Of a stretch of 64,000 nucleotides of DNA, positions 47,269 to 58,134 are shown piece by piece. The notes below the pieces were generated by a model, which worked only from the letters and a program-made list of their open reading frames with translations, ran no database searches and was not told the DNA's origin. The translations under genes and the position numbers were made by a program. Source of the DNA: Patescibacteria group bacterium (GTDB lineage Bacteria > Patescibacteriota > Minisyncoccia > Minisyncoccales > UBA10102); the NCBI GenBank assembly GCA_024239055.1, contig JANBVJ010000001.1, forward strand, positions 297,124-361,123. The letters run 5' to 3'. How positions within the stretch are numbered: position 1 is the stretch's first letter; each line of letters opens with the position of its first letter.

Positions 47269-48501
47269 TCATTCCCCAAACATTTTACTCCTACTATTCA
47301 GTATATTAATGAGCGCCTTCTCAAAGCTCTCTGAAAATTTTGCTTGCGTATAATTAAAAGAGTCCATATAACTTTGATACATTCTTTTTACGAAAATGTT
47401 TCTTGGTTCTTTTGATATTTTACTAAGATGTAATTGTAACGATTCCAAACTAATATCCTTGATAAGATGGCCAAAATCTTTCACGTCAATATCCGCACCT
47501 GGAGACACCACAGGTACCATTCCTCTCCTCATACAACTTGTCACTGAAGAAGCCTCAGCTTCCGTACAGGAGAGTAAAATGACGTATCCACACTTAGAGG
47601 TTAAGTCACGGAATTTATCTCCTGCAACCTGCACAAAACCAACCCAGTGGATATTGGGAGAATTTGCTAAAGTTTCTCTGTAAAATGCCTCAAATTTCTT
47701 TTCTTTGGCTGGTGTACAGATGAAGAGTTCCAAATCAGGAAGCTTGCTGAACACTTCAATAAGCAAATCAAGTCCTTTTAAAATGTTGTTGGTCCCAGCA
47801 AAGTATAAAAACTTTTTCTGACTCCTCTGTTTTAAGCTCTCCAAATCAAATACAATCCGAGGATCTGTAGAATCAAAAACTTTATACATTGGCTTACCAT
47901 AACTGCGGTAATCCTCCATAGAAAGATTGGTTCCCAGATAGAATATTGCATCGATATTCTTAATAGTCTCTTCTTTATCAAAGTTTTCTAGAAAGCCCAG
48001 CTTCGGCAATAAAACATCAGGATGCCTCTGTAAAAAATAATCATGCCTCTTTTGTAAGGATTCATTATGTACAGTTGTCTCCCTAGATGTAGCGAAAAGT
48101 ATTTTTGTTGCTTTATTAATATGCCCTGAAATTGCCTCATAATTTTTAAAGGCGGCTGGAGCAGCCCCAATAAAGATATCATACTGATCTTGAAGTTTCG
48201 TTGTATCAATATTCTTAACAGTCCTATCAATAATATCAACCCAAAAACCCAATTTGTTAAGAATTTTTGCAATCTCAAGGATATGCCAGTTGTTCACATG
48301 AGAATAATCATCGGCTATACCCCTAAATACAAAAGGATCTGTTTTATAATATAACAAAGCATGTCCTTGTTTGATATCGCAATACTTCTGATAATTTCTA
48401 ACAACCTTTTTCTTAAAAAGTCTCAAAAATATAGCTCCTCTAATACGACCTCTGAATACAAAATAAGCATTCTTTAGTTCTTTTTTCATTCTTACTATCA
48501 A
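47269..48501 (-). CDS. Putative GT-B fold glycosyltransferase (divergent)
   Basis: C-terminal half (FLYFAGTNNILKGLDLL...CTEAEASSVTSCMRRGMVPVV) resembles the GT-B C-domain. Tentative. Confidence 0.4.
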   Translation of the reverse strand: MIVRMKKELKNAYFVFRGRIRGAIFLRLFKKKVVRNYQKYCDIKQGHALLYYKTDPFVFRGIADDYSHVNNWHILEIAKILNKLGFWVDIIDRTVKNIDTTKLQDQYDIFIGAAPAAFKNYEAISGHINKATKILFATSRETTVHNESLQKRHDYFLQRHPDVLLPKLGFLENFDKEETIKNIDAIFYLGTNLSMEDYRSYGKPMYKVFDSTDPRIVFDLESLKQRSQKKFLYFAGTNNILKGLDLLIEVFSKLPDLELFICTPAKEKKFEAFYRETLANSPNIHWVGFVQVAGDKFRDLTSKCGYVILLSCTEAEASSVTSCMRRGMVPVVSPGADIDVKDFGHLIKDISLESLQLHLSKISKEPRNIFVKRMYQSYMDSFNYTQAKFSESFEKALINILNSRSKMFGE

Positions 48502-49268
48502 ATTTTATAATAATGCCTAACGGTTTCAAGCCGTAAAATCTTACTCCACTCTTCTTCGCTTAAATTTTGACAAATAATTATATGACCCCTAAATTTATTC
48601 GGAGGTATGTTTCCAGCTTCTGCAAGAGAATAATTAGGTACTAAAATACGATGTTTATCTAAATGTACATTTTCCTTTATAAAATCAATACCCAAATTTA
48701 TTTTACTGCCATCTTCCATAGTATAAGAATTAAATTTAAATTGAGGATTACCAAATACCTCAAAATCATCAATCATTATAATAGCCTTTTGAAGTTGATT
48801 AACTGCCTTTAATTCATTATTAATAGGGATCATTGGACCTGAATGAGCATCTAAAAAGAAGAATGGAAAATTACCTAACTTATTTTCTTTAACAATCTGT
48901 GGAATAATATCGGAAGATGAACCTTTTATAATTTTTACATTGAAAGATTTTCTCAAACGCCATTTGCTTTCCTTAAGAAGATCTTCTCTAATTTCAATAG
49001 TAAATACAGGAATTTTAGGAAATACTTTTGAAAGAAATAAAGTCGTAGTTCCCCTAAAAGTACCTGTCTCTACAAAAGATGTGAAATCAAAAGTTTTTGA
49101 TAATTCACTTACCAAATCCTGCCATACTTTATCTCCATGAAAGGCATCTTTTTTATATCTTCTTAAATAATAAGGAACTGAATTTCTTATAACTCTAATT
49201 AAAGTTTGAATAAATCTATACATTCTTGGATTACTTTTAATGAATCTTTTTATTTTTGGAATAATCAT
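48498..49268 (-). CDS. Class I SAM-dependent methyltransferase (CmcI/TylF-like)
   Basis: FVETGTFRGTTTLFL (motif I), FFFLDAHS, IMIDDF. 256 aa. Confidence 0.55.
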   Translation of the reverse strand: MIIPKIKRFIKSNPRMYRFIQTLIRVIRNSVPYYLRRYKKDAFHGDKVWQDLVSELSKTFDFTSFVETGTFRGTTTLFLSKVFPKIPVFTIEIREDLLKESKWRLRKSFNVKIIKGSSSDIIPQIVKENKLGNFPFFFLDAHSGPMIPINNELKAVNQLQKAIIMIDDFEVFGNPQFKFNSYTMEDGSKINLGIDFIKENVHLDKHRILVPNYSLAEAGNIPPNKFRGHIIICQNLSEEEWSKILRLETVRHYYKI

Positions 49269-50311
49269 TTTATCTTTATGTTATTTTTTATTGTTTCAAT
49301 AAATTCTAAAAATCTTTCAAAATTAATATCAGGAGAACAATTAATATCAATATACTTCTTTAAATTGCTGCTCATTTTATTACGCAAATCAGGACTCTGT
49401 ATTAGTTTTTCCAATGCGTCATACCATCCCTCTTTGGAATACACCAGAGAACCAGAGTGACCATCCTGGATAAGTTGAGCATACGGCGGTAAAAAGTCCG
49501 CCACTACTGGAATGTGGAACTGACTGAAAGGATAAACCCTTCCTGCATTTGTAGAATATTTAAAACGTATCAAGTAATCTGTTTCATCGTAACGCAACCA
49601 ATTACGCAAAAAGGTGCTTGGCATCCTCGTTGCAAGTCTCCCTAATCCAAGATTAATAGGAATCTTTGCTGGAACTATTCCTATATCACATTGAGTCAAA
49701 TACTTATGATAATGTTCTTCAGACCACTGAATATGCTTTACCTTACATTTCTTTGGTACGTTTTTTGTCCACCTCCCCCTACTTTCAATGTTGTACATTG
49801 CCCAAAGCTCTATATTGTATTTATCTGAGAGTTCATCAAGGGCTTTACTTATTTCCTCCATTGAATTTAGATGTATCTTGTTGCCGTGGTACCCTATAAT
49901 TATTTTTTCTTTCTGTATGTGTTCTTTTGAAACTTCTTTCATCTCAGAAAACATATAATAAATAACAATATTCTTGTTGTACGTTAAAAAGAAATCCCGC
50001 TGTCCAACAGAGCCGACTAAAAGAAAATCTGCTCCTCGATTCTCTGTCTCTGGTTGCCTTCCAGCAATCTTTTTTGGATCCATAATACCTACAATAGCGC
50101 GTGGGTTTGCTCGTTTTGCCCTCGCAACATCAGAATCAGGAGCCATAAAAAGAATCAAATCGTACTTCTCGTAATGATCCCAATCATTCCGCACCACTTC
50201 ATGCCCTGCTTTTTCAAACTTTGGGATCATGTCTTCAACGCAGATCTTGGTTCCAGCTGCATTATAATTTGTATTAAAAACAACCTTCATGTAATATTTT
50301 CGTGATACCAC
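49265..50311 (-). CDS. Hypothetical protein, GT-B-like C-terminal domain (possible glycosyltransferase)
   Basis: C-terminus VVADFLPPYAQLIQDGHSGSLVYSKEGWYDALEKLIQSPDLRNKM resembles GT1/GT4 C-domains. Confidence 0.4.
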   Translation of the reverse strand: MVSRKYYMKVVFNTNYNAAGTKICVEDMIPKFEKAGHEVVRNDWDHYEKYDLILFMAPDSDVARAKRANPRAIVGIMDPKKIAGRQPETENRGADFLLVGSVGQRDFFLTYNKNIVIYYMFSEMKEVSKEHIQKEKIIIGYHGNKIHLNSMEEISKALDELSDKYNIELWAMYNIESRGRWTKNVPKKCKVKHIQWSEEHYHKYLTQCDIGIVPAKIPINLGLGRLATRMPSTFLRNWLRYDETDYLIRFKYSTNAGRVYPFSQFHIPVVADFLPPYAQLIQDGHSGSLVYSKEGWYDALEKLIQSPDLRNKMSSNLKKYIDINCSPDINFERFLEFIETIKNNIKIK

Positions 50312-51228
50312 TTAATCATCTTTTTCAACCCTTCTTCAAAATTCATGCTTGCTTTAAAGTCAAACTCTTTCTCTGCCCTACCTACATCCAACCTTCTCTG
50401 AGGTTGCCCGTCTGGCTTTGATGCGTCCCACCGAACTTCCCCCTGAAAATCCATGATCTTGCAAATCAGTTCTACTAAATCTTTAATGGAAATTTCTACA
50501 CCAGAACCTATATTTACTGGGTTTGAATGGTTATACTTTTCTGTCGCCAGTAAAATCGCCTCTGCGGCATCTTCAACATACAAAAACTCCCTTGTCGGCA
50601 TTCCAGTCCCCCATACATCAATAAAATTCTTCCCCTGTTTTTTTGCTTCACCTACCTTTCTAATGAGAGCAGGAATAACGTGAGAGCTTTGAGGGTCAAA
50701 ATTATCACCTGGACCATACAGATTTACCGGCAAAAGATAAATCGCATTAAATCCGTATTGTTCCCGGTATGCTTGTGCCTGAACCAAAAGCATTTTTTTT
50801 GCCAAGCCATATGGAGCGTTTGTTTCTTCCGGATAACCATTCCAAAGATTTTCCTCTTGAAAAGGAGTTGGGGTGTTTTTTGGGTAAGCGCAAATGGTAC
50901 CTAGTATCACAAACTTTTCCACCCCGGCTTTCTGGGCTGCCTCCATGAGCTGAATTCCCATAAGAGCATTGTCATAGAACAACTCTCCGGGTTTTTCTTG
51001 ATTAAGTCCGATCCCCCCAACGTTTGCCGCAAGATGAATCACAATATCCTGCCCCTGTACTGCCTTTTGGCAGTTTTCCCATATACGCAAATCAAGTTCT
51101 TTGAAATTCGGAAGAGTCAACTGACTCTGTGCAACTCCTCTCAGCTCAACCAAATTCTTTACCAAATGGCTCCCTAAAAATCCGTGAGCTCCAGTAACTA
51201 AAATCTTTTTTGTGGACAAATCAATCAT
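50287..51228 (-). CDS. fcl: GDP-L-fucose synthase (GDP-4-keto-6-deoxy-D-mannose 3,5-epimerase/4-reductase)
   Basis: [14 protein letters not shown] Rossmann, YxxxK (YGLAK), 313 aa. Immediately downstream of gmd. Confidence 0.85.
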   Translation of the reverse strand: MIDLSTKKILVTGAHGFLGSHLVKNLVELRGVAQSQLTLPNFKELDLRIWENCQKAVQGQDIVIHLAANVGGIGLNQEKPGELFYDNALMGIQLMEAAQKAGVEKFVILGTICAYPKNTPTPFQEENLWNGYPEETNAPYGLAKKMLLVQAQAYREQYGFNAIYLLPVNLYGPGDNFDPQSSHVIPALIRKVGEAKKQGKNFIDVWGTGMPTREFLYVEDAAEAILLATEKYNHSNPVNIGSGVEISIKDLVELICKIMDFQGEVRWDASKPDGQPQRRLDVGRAEKEFDFKASMNFEEGLKKMIKWYHENIT

Positions 51229-52318
51229 TGGATTTTGTCCCTATGTGAAACCCTCCATCTTTTAAATGAACCTCCTTTTTTGCTTCTTCTAGATCATGGC
51301 GGACCATTTCCTTGATCATCTCCTGAAAAGTAGTCTTATTCTGCCAGCCGAGCTTTTCTCTTGCCTTTGAGGCATCTCCCTGTAAAGATTCCACCTCTGC
51401 CGACCTAAAATATCTTGGGTCAACCTTTATCACAACATTTCCGGTATTTCTATCAATTGCTTGCTCATCTATCCCCTTCCCCTGCCAATCCAAATCAATG
51501 CCTACTTCTCTGAATGCCAATTCACAAAATTCCCGAACTGATCTCTGTTGTCCACTAGCTATAACGTAATCATCTGGCTCTGGATGTTGGAGTATTAACC
51601 ACATAGCTTCCACAGAATCTTTACTGTGCGACCAATCTCGCTTTGCATCAAGATTCCCAAGATACACTGTATCCTGCAGGCCCAATTTGATGTGGGCGGC
51701 TGCTCGAGTTATTTTCCGCGTCACAAATGTTTCTCCCCTCCTTGGAGATTCATGATTGAAAAGAATTCCATTACAGGCAAAAATACCGTATGCCTCTCGA
51801 TAATTTACAGTTATGTAATAACCATACAACTTTGCTACCCCATAAGGACTGCGGGGATGGAACGGGGTATTCTCGTTCTGTGGCGCCTCTCCTGGAAGGC
51901 CAGAGAATAACTCACTAGTTGAGGCCTGATAAAATTTTGTTTTCTTTGTCAAACCGAGAGTGCGAATTATTTCTAACAATCGAACAACTCCCAAAGCATC
52001 AACATCAGCAGTATACTCTGGCATCTCAAAGGAAACCTGTACGTGAGTTTGAGCGGCGAGATTATAAATCTCATCTGGCTGAATTTTCTGGACAATACGT
52101 AATAAACCGGTCGCATCCGTCATATCTCCATAATGAAGAATAAAATTACCATTTTTTTCGTGTGGATCCTGATAGATATGATCAATCCTTTCGGTATTAA
52201 AAGAAGAAGAGCGGCGTTTTATCCCGTGTACCTCATATCCTTTATTAAGCAGGAATTCTGCAAGATAAGAACCGTCTTGTCCTGTTATTCCTGTTATTAA
52301 AGCTTTTTTCTGTTTCAT
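51221..52318 (-). CDS. gmd: GDP-mannose 4,6-dehydratase
   Basis: [26 protein letters not shown], extended SDR fold 365 aa. Near-diagnostic Gmd N-terminus. Confidence 0.95.
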   Translation of the reverse strand: MKQKKALITGITGQDGSYLAEFLLNKGYEVHGIKRRSSSFNTERIDHIYQDPHEKNGNFILHYGDMTDATGLLRIVQKIQPDEIYNLAAQTHVQVSFEMPEYTADVDALGVVRLLEIIRTLGLTKKTKFYQASTSELFSGLPGEAPQNENTPFHPRSPYGVAKLYGYYITVNYREAYGIFACNGILFNHESPRRGETFVTRKITRAAAHIKLGLQDTVYLGNLDAKRDWSHSKDSVEAMWLILQHPEPDDYVIASGQQRSVREFCELAFREVGIDLDWQGKGIDEQAIDRNTGNVVIKVDPRYFRSAEVESLQGDASKAREKLGWQNKTTFQEMIKEMVRHDLEEAKKEVHLKDGGFHIGTKSND

Positions 52319-52321
52319 ATG

Positions 52322-52789
52322 TTATTTATATAAATGAAATAAATATAATTTATATATGTTATCGTCCTTTTTCTCAAATCCCATTTTCATATAGAGATTA
52401 TTTGCCGAATTTTCTGATGTAATATCTAATTTTACATGACTCATACGCTTCTCCTTAGCTAACTCAATCAAATGTTCTATTAATTTTGTGGCAATTCCCC
52501 GGCTCTGAAATTTTGGGTCTACAACCAACTCATCTAAAATACCTGTCTTCCCTGTAAACAAATTAATCTCAATTAATCCCACAGCCCCGACAATTATTCC
52601 CTGTTTTGTCACAGCTGTAATCAAGGTATACTCTGGCCTTTCCATAGTACGAACAACATCTGCTACAGAAATTCTTCTGCCCTGTTTTTCTACAAACACA
52701 TTCATTAACTCAATAATGCGTTCTCTCTCTTTCTCTTTTAAATCCTGTAGAGAAGCTGTTTTAATTGTTATTTCATGATTGTTGGGCAT
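52322..52789 (-). CDS. GNAT family N-acetyltransferase
   Basis: 155 aa. LVVDPKFQSRGIATKLIEHL acetyl-CoA-binding motif. Confidence 0.8.
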   Translation of the reverse strand: MPNNHEITIKTASLQDLKEKERERIIELMNVFVEKQGRRISVADVVRTMERPEYTLITAVTKQGIIVGAVGLIEINLFTGKTGILDELVVDPKFQSRGIATKLIEHLIELAKEKRMSHVKLDITSENSANNLYMKMGFEKKDDNIYKLYLFHLYK

Positions 52790-52821
52790 AATTCAATATA
52801 CGAAATGTTTTTATTCTTATT

Positions 52822-53535
52822 TTATTTCCGTTCTAATAAAAATATGGTTGAATCGGTAAAAAAGTTTAGCATCCTTTTCCTGCTAAATCCTGCCAGAACA
52901 AATTTGATGAATTTCTTTAGTTTGCTCTGATAGTCAATTGAATATCCAATATCGCGGACATTAAAACCATTCTTTTCTGCTCTATAATTTATGAAATTGA
53001 TAGATTCCTCTGTATTAAAGAACCATCTGTGTCTGTCTTCTGGTTTTTCCAGAGGCAAACCATATGGTTTTGTATATGTCCCCTCTTTCTTTCTCTCTTC
53101 AAGTGTATGCGCATGTTTTCTTCCCATAAAATAGTTCCAAGGAATCTGGGAAAGGGGGTTGGGCAAGGTAATAATTATGTATTTATTGGAAATGCGGCAT
53201 AGTTCATCAAAAATGAAATGAAACTCCTCTAAATGCTCCAAGGTATCCAATGCAAGCACCGCATCAAATTCGTTATCAGAAAAAGGTAGTGCTTTTGTGC
53301 TGTCTAAATCTATTTGAATGTCTGCTCCATCTGAAACGTCAATACCAACATATTTTATATGTTTTTCAAGGAATTCAAGCATCTGGCGCTGATCACATCC
53401 CACATCCAAAACACTGTTGATGTTTTGAAAAATCTCAGGGAAGTTCTTTACAATCCATTCTTGCCTTGTTTCTCTTGAAGTATAGAAGTTCATATATTTT
53501 TTATGGTTTTTGGAAATATATTGCGTTTGAGTCAA
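52822..53535 (-). CDS. Class I SAM-dependent methyltransferase
   Basis: VLDVGCDQRQML (motif I), DAVLALDTLEHL (motif II/III). Confidence 0.75.
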   Translation of the reverse strand: MTQTQYISKNHKKYMNFYTSRETRQEWIVKNFPEIFQNINSVLDVGCDQRQMLEFLEKHIKYVGIDVSDGADIQIDLDSTKALPFSDNEFDAVLALDTLEHLEEFHFIFDELCRISNKYIIITLPNPLSQIPWNYFMGRKHAHTLEERKKEGTYTKPYGLPLEKPEDRHRWFFNTEESINFINYRAEKNGFNVRDIGYSIDYQSKLKKFIKFVLAGFSRKRMLNFFTDSTIFLLERK

Positions 53536-54292
53536 TGTTAACCAGTACAGGACGTAAATCTCTCTTCAACAGAAATTCGTCTACTGCTTTCTTGCATCCT
53601 TCCCAATGGTTATAATCATCTATGATAATGTATCCCTTAGGGACTACGTTGTCATAAAGATTTTCCAATATGCATTTTGTGGATTCATACCAGTCAGCAT
53701 CCATGCGCAAAATAGCGATAGAGCCAACCCTGCTCTTTGCTTTTTGTAAAGTATCTTGAAACCATCCCTTTTCCATATGAATGCTCTCTTTTGGCAAATG
53801 TAAAACATCAAAGAACAACTCTTGAGCATATTCAAGCGGTCCCACGCATCTTCCAACAGAAACTAAGGTTCCCGACTTATTTCCTGCAGAATAGGTCTGC
53901 GCCCTCTCTCCATCTTTAATGGTAGGTTCAGGCAATCCCTCAAAGGAATCAAAAAGCCATGTATGACGCTTAGAACCAGCTTTTTCTGTCACGTACGCCA
54001 TTACCGCAACAGCTCCACCCTTCCACACCCCACATTCAACAAACGCACCCTCAAGCTTTTCCTCTTCGACTTTCTCTGACAAATCATAAACATTGAATAA
54101 CCGTTCAAATCCAATCATGGTATAAGGGAATACCTGCAAAAATAGTCTCAGTTTTTCAATGCTAAAGTGATAGCGCAGTAATGCCTTTTGAACAAGTCGA
54201 ACTTTCAAAGACAATTGATGCACCATTCTATTCCGTTCTATCAGTCCTTTCAGCAATGCCCGTATACTAAATGTTTTTTTCGTCTGTTCCAT
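53501..54292 (-). CDS. TylF/MycF (macrocin O-methyltransferase) family methyltransferase
   Basis: ECGVWKGGAV, SIAILRMDADWYESTKCILENLYDNVVPKGYIIIDDY are hallmarks of the TylF family. Confidence 0.8.
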   Translation of the reverse strand: MEQTKKTFSIRALLKGLIERNRMVHQLSLKVRLVQKALLRYHFSIEKLRLFLQVFPYTMIGFERLFNVYDLSEKVEEEKLEGAFVECGVWKGGAVAVMAYVTEKAGSKRHTWLFDSFEGLPEPTIKDGERAQTYSAGNKSGTLVSVGRCVGPLEYAQELFFDVLHLPKESIHMEKGWFQDTLQKAKSRVGSIAILRMDADWYESTKCILENLYDNVVPKGYIIIDDYNHWEGCKKAVDEFLLKRDLRPVLVNIDSNAIYFQKP

Positions 54293-54293
54293 C

Positions 54294-55256
54294 TTATCTT
54301 ATTCCTATTTTATTACCTCGTACTAAAAGAATTGACCTTACTATTTTTGCCTCATTATTCAAAAACTCTATAAGATCACCCATTTTAATATCTTTATAGA
54401 GACCATGATCCCATCTACCCTCCTGGACAGTTCGTATAGGATTGTAACCCTTTTTTGTAATTTGCTCTGGCTCAGCAACACCTGCTGAAATAAGGTATTT
54501 TACATAAAATCCCATTTCTCCCAACTTTCTTAGCCGTTCTTGGAAATTAAATCCTTCTTTTTTATAAACCGAAGGATGAACCTCTATCTGTAATTTCATA
54601 GGTTTTTCTGTCTTTAAAAACTCATCCATTCCGTCTATCACCATGCTCTCATATCCCTCAATGTCCATGCGGATATACCCTACTTTCTGTATATGTTCAA
54701 AATCATCAAGTTTTTTGCATTTCACTTCAATAGAATCAAGAATACCCTTTCTCTCAACAAAAGTGCTTAAGTTCGAACTTTTCCCCAAGTGAAATGTTTG
54801 TACACCGTTTTCCTTTGCAGCAGCATACGGATACACGCCTACCTTTAAAGAAATATTATTTAGTTCTATGTTCTTATTTAATATCTCAATATTCCGAGGA
54901 TCTGGCTCAAAAACATAAACCTTCCCCTGCTCACCTAATAAAGATGCTTCCAAAAGAACATAATAGCCAATGTTCCCTCCAATATCCAAAACATGCATAT
55001 TATCTTCAATTTCCTGCTGCATTACCCAAGTGTCCAATATTTCTCTCGTACCACACACAAAAAGAATTCCTGATACACCTTTTGTTTGCAAATCCAATAT
55101 CATTTTATTACCATGTATCTTTTTTATCACTTCTTTTTTCCCAGTGAGTTTATAGAAAATTAACAGAAGGTAATGAAAGAAAATGGAAACTTTCGATACC
55201 CCAGTGTAGGAAAAAATACGTTCTATGTATCTTATATTTTCAAAAATTCGTTTCAT
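54294..55256 (-). CDS. FkbM family methyltransferase
   Basis: VLDIGGNIGYYVLL motif, FkbM layout. 320 aa. Confidence 0.8.
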   Translation of the reverse strand: MKRIFENIRYIERIFSYTGVSKVSIFFHYLLLIFYKLTGKKEVIKKIHGNKMILDLQTKGVSGILFVCGTREILDTWVMQQEIEDNMHVLDIGGNIGYYVLLEASLLGEQGKVYVFEPDPRNIEILNKNIELNNISLKVGVYPYAAAKENGVQTFHLGKSSNLSTFVERKGILDSIEVKCKKLDDFEHIQKVGYIRMDIEGYESMVIDGMDEFLKTEKPMKLQIEVHPSVYKKEGFNFQERLRKLGEMGFYVKYLISAGVAEPEQITKKGYNPIRTVQEGRWDHGLYKDIKMGDLIEFLNNEAKIVRSILLVRGNKIGIR

Positions 55257-56371
55257 AAAAGTTCTTGATACAGCTGTAACTCTTTTTCTAATATTGTTTC
55301 AACACTGAAGTTCTCTAATATCTCCTTTCGTGCATTTCTTCCCATAATTACCTGCAACTGCTTGTCATTCAGTACATCTTTTATTGCTTTTCCAATATCT
55401 TGAGGGTTTGGCTTACAAAGATAACCGTTTTGTTTGTGTGTAATAACATTGTTTATTCCCCCAACGTCTGTGCCAATACAGGGCAACTCACAAGACATCC
55501 CCTCAAGCAACGCTTTTGGATGTCCCTCATATAAAGATGGAAGGATAAATATCTCACTTTTATTTAATTCTTTAGCAAGTATTTCTTGAGGAATATTTCC
55601 CTTAAATTCAACATTGGCTCCTTTCTTGACTGCAAAATCTTCGAGTTCCTTTCTCTGGGAACCATTTCCGACAATAATAAGTTTTACTGGGAGCGTAGAT
55701 ACAGCCTCAATAAGACTAAAAACATTTTTTTGCTCTTCTAATTTCCCGACAAAAATAATTCTGTTCTTTTCTTTTTTTCTTCCATCAGGTTTAAAACGAT
55801 CTGAATCAATATAGTTTGGAATAATTTGAATTTTAGAGGATTCTATATTAAATCTATCCTCAACAAATTCTTTGTCCCCTTGACTCGTTAAAACAATTCT
55901 ATTCGCGTTCTTGTATGAAAGTGCTTCCAAAAGATAAGCAAGTTTCAATTTCCATTTAGCTAATTCTCTTTTTTCAATCACATCAAGCCATTCATATCCG
56001 CATCGTACAACGAGTTTCGTATGATACAAATGTTTTGCAATGACCGCAGCCCAGCTTCCATGCATCTGGTTTGTCTTTATAATATCTGCCTTGCCCAGCT
56101 CTTTGGGAAACAGAAAGGGCAAAAGAAAACTGTATATGCTTGAAGGCATACGATACTTTTGTGGAACAATTGTAATGTTTTGAGGTAGCATATTCTGATA
56201 TTTCAAATCGTTTCCGTCTCCATAAGTGAAAAAAAAGATTGACCTGAAGTGCTTGGCAAGATGCTTATACAGCAGAATTTCCCTATCGATCCCGCCAATA
56301 TCTTTCCATGTCTGTAAAGAGACACCTCTGGTAAAAAACAGCGCAAGGGTTTTATCTCCCAATTTCTCCAT
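55253..56371 (-). CDS. Glycosyltransferase family 4
   Basis: 372 aa. C-terminus PSLYEGHPKALLEGMSCELPCIGTDVGGINNVITHKQNGYL typical of GT4. Confidence 0.85.
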   Translation of the reverse strand: MEKLGDKTLALFFTRGVSLQTWKDIGGIDREILLYKHLAKHFRSIFFFTYGDGNDLKYQNMLPQNITIVPQKYRMPSSIYSFLLPFLFPKELGKADIIKTNQMHGSWAAVIAKHLYHTKLVVRCGYEWLDVIEKRELAKWKLKLAYLLEALSYKNANRIVLTSQGDKEFVEDRFNIESSKIQIIPNYIDSDRFKPDGRKKEKNRIIFVGKLEEQKNVFSLIEAVSTLPVKLIIVGNGSQRKELEDFAVKKGANVEFKGNIPQEILAKELNKSEIFILPSLYEGHPKALLEGMSCELPCIGTDVGGINNVITHKQNGYLCKPNPQDIGKAIKDVLNDKQLQVIMGRNARKEILENFSVETILEKELQLYQELL

Positions 56372-57205
56372 CTATTCTCTCTTTGAAAACTTCTCAGGAT
56401 CATCAATCCCCTGCTGCTCCATGAGCTTGTTATTATACTCTTCAGCCACCTTGTGGAGCACGAGGTCAACATCTATGTCGTCTGCAAACTGAATCAATGC
56501 TCGAATGTCCTTTGGAAGGCACTTTCCCCCGTATCCCCGGTATCCTTTGTGCACTACCTGCAGGTGGGAGCGCCCGATTCTCTTGTCAGCTGCCGCAGCC
56601 TCCATGATAGAGTCATAATTCAGGCCAAGCTTCTCGCATAAGTCATGTATCTGATTTGCAAACGTCACCTTTATTGAAAACCATGTGTTCCCGAAGTACT
56701 TAACCATCTCAGCCTCTGTGGCTGGAATAACAGCCTCATAGGGGGCTAAGGGAAGTATCTGCAGCAGATCCCCAGCAATGGTATAGCTCTGCTTGGTATA
56801 CCCAATAATCTGCCTGTCTGGATACCTCATATCCTGCTCTGCTGTATGCTCTGTTAAGAACTCGGGGTTGAATAGAAACTTGTGGGAGGGATACTGTTTC
56901 TGAAGCTTCTCTGTGGTCCCTGGCACAACGGTGGACTTCATAACCACAATCTTGCTCCCCTCAAGAGCCTCACAGACTCCCTCAACAATAGAGAGATCAA
57001 ATCCTTCTCCTTCTACATACGGCGTGGGAACACAGATAAAGACAATGTCAGCTGTGTTCAGCTCTTCCATAGAACCCATCTTCTTGTGTATGTCGTACAA
57101 GATAGGGTCTCTTCCCTCGGTCTGCAAGTACTCTGCCATGGCTCCCCCAACCATTCCTACTCCTGCGATTCCTATCTTCATAGTATGAATTGATCTGTCT
57201 TTCAT
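56372..57205 (-). CDS. UDP-glucose/GDP-mannose dehydrogenase family protein, truncated (NAD-binding and central domains only)
   Basis: N-terminus MKIGIAGVGMVGG (Rossmann), catalytic GGKCLPKD. Only ~45 aa follow instead of the ~100-130 aa UDP-binding C-domain. 277 aa vs ~390-450 typical. Confidence 0.65.
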   Translation of the reverse strand: MKDRSIHTMKIGIAGVGMVGGAMAEYLQTEGRDPILYDIHKKMGSMEELNTADIVFICVPTPYVEGEGFDLSIVEGVCEALEGSKIVVMKSTVVPGTTEKLQKQYPSHKFLFNPEFLTEHTAEQDMRYPDRQIIGYTKQSYTIAGDLLQILPLAPYEAVIPATEAEMVKYFGNTWFSIKVTFANQIHDLCEKLGLNYDSIMEAAAADKRIGRSHLQVVHKGYRGYGGKCLPKDIRALIQFADDIDVDLVLHKVAEEYNNKLMEQQGIDDPEKFSKRE

Positions 57206-57215
57206 GTTGATATTG

Positions 57216-58130
57216 TTATTTAGCTGAATGAAACCACTCTATTGTCCGCTTCACGCCTTCAGAAAAGGAAACTACTGGCTCCCATTCCAAGAGACGTTTT
57301 ACTTCACTGAGATCTGCTTGTGTGTGCTGCATGTCGCCGACTCTCACGGGAAGGTGTGTAGTTTCAGAACCAATCAGCTCTGCCAATTCATTAATTGAGG
57401 TCTGCGTGTCACCGCCCACATTAATAACCTCTCCTCCCTGTATTGCTGCAGACTCCATAGCTCGTATGTTTGCTTTAACAACGTCGTCCACATAACAGAA
57501 TGCCCTTGTCTGCGTTCCATCCCCAAAGATGGTAAGGGGCTTGCCCTCCTTGTGCTGCTTGAGAAACTTTCCCAGCACCAGACTGTAGTCAGAGTTCACA
57601 TCAATTCTGGGTCCGTAGACGCTGAAATACCGCAGGGAGACAACAGGAAGCTCATACAGGTCAGAGAATACCTTGGCAAACTGCTCTCCAACCAGCTTCT
57701 GCAATCCATAGGGGCTGATTGGAGCTGGAATCATGGTTTCTTTCAAGGGCATGGTTGCCTGATCCCCGTACACGGATGAGGAAGAGGCAAAGACAACACG
57801 CTGTGCCTTCACGTCTGCTGCGGCCTTCAAAACATTCACCGTGCCAAGGATGTTCGCTTTTGAGGTGCCCACTGGATCCTCAATTGAGAGAGGAGCACGA
57901 GGAATGGCAGCTAGGTGGAAGACGCCCTGCGGCTGTTCTTGTTCAAATATCTCCAAAAGTGAGGGGAAGTCAGTAATATCTGACTCCACAAACTTCGCCT
58001 GTTCGTTAACATTCTCTCTTTTGCCCGTAGAGAGGTTATCTACAACTACTACCTCATGACCTGCATTAATCAAAGCATCTGTTAAATGGGAACCAATGAA
58101 TCCAGCTCCTCCTGTAACGATAATCTTCAT
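57216..58130 (-). CDS. NAD-dependent epimerase/dehydratase (UDP-glucuronate decarboxylase / UXS-like)
   Basis: MKIIVTGGAGFIGSHL start at 58130 (the ORF-track start at 58262 is an unsupported 5' extension). YxxxK (YGLQK). SDR extended fold. Confidence 0.85.
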   Translation of the reverse strand: MKIIVTGGAGFIGSHLTDALINAGHEVVVVDNLSTGKRENVNEQAKFVESDITDFPSLLEIFEQEQPQGVFHLAAIPRAPLSIEDPVGTSKANILGTVNVLKAAADVKAQRVVFASSSSVYGDQATMPLKETMIPAPISPYGLQKLVGEQFAKVFSDLYELPVVSLRYFSVYGPRIDVNSDYSLVLGKFLKQHKEGKPLTIFGDGTQTRAFCYVDDVVKANIRAMESAAIQGGEVINVGGDTQTSINELAELIGSETTHLPVRVGDMQHTQADLSEVKRLLEWEPVVSFSEGVKRTIEWFHSAK

Positions 58131-58134
58131 AATT

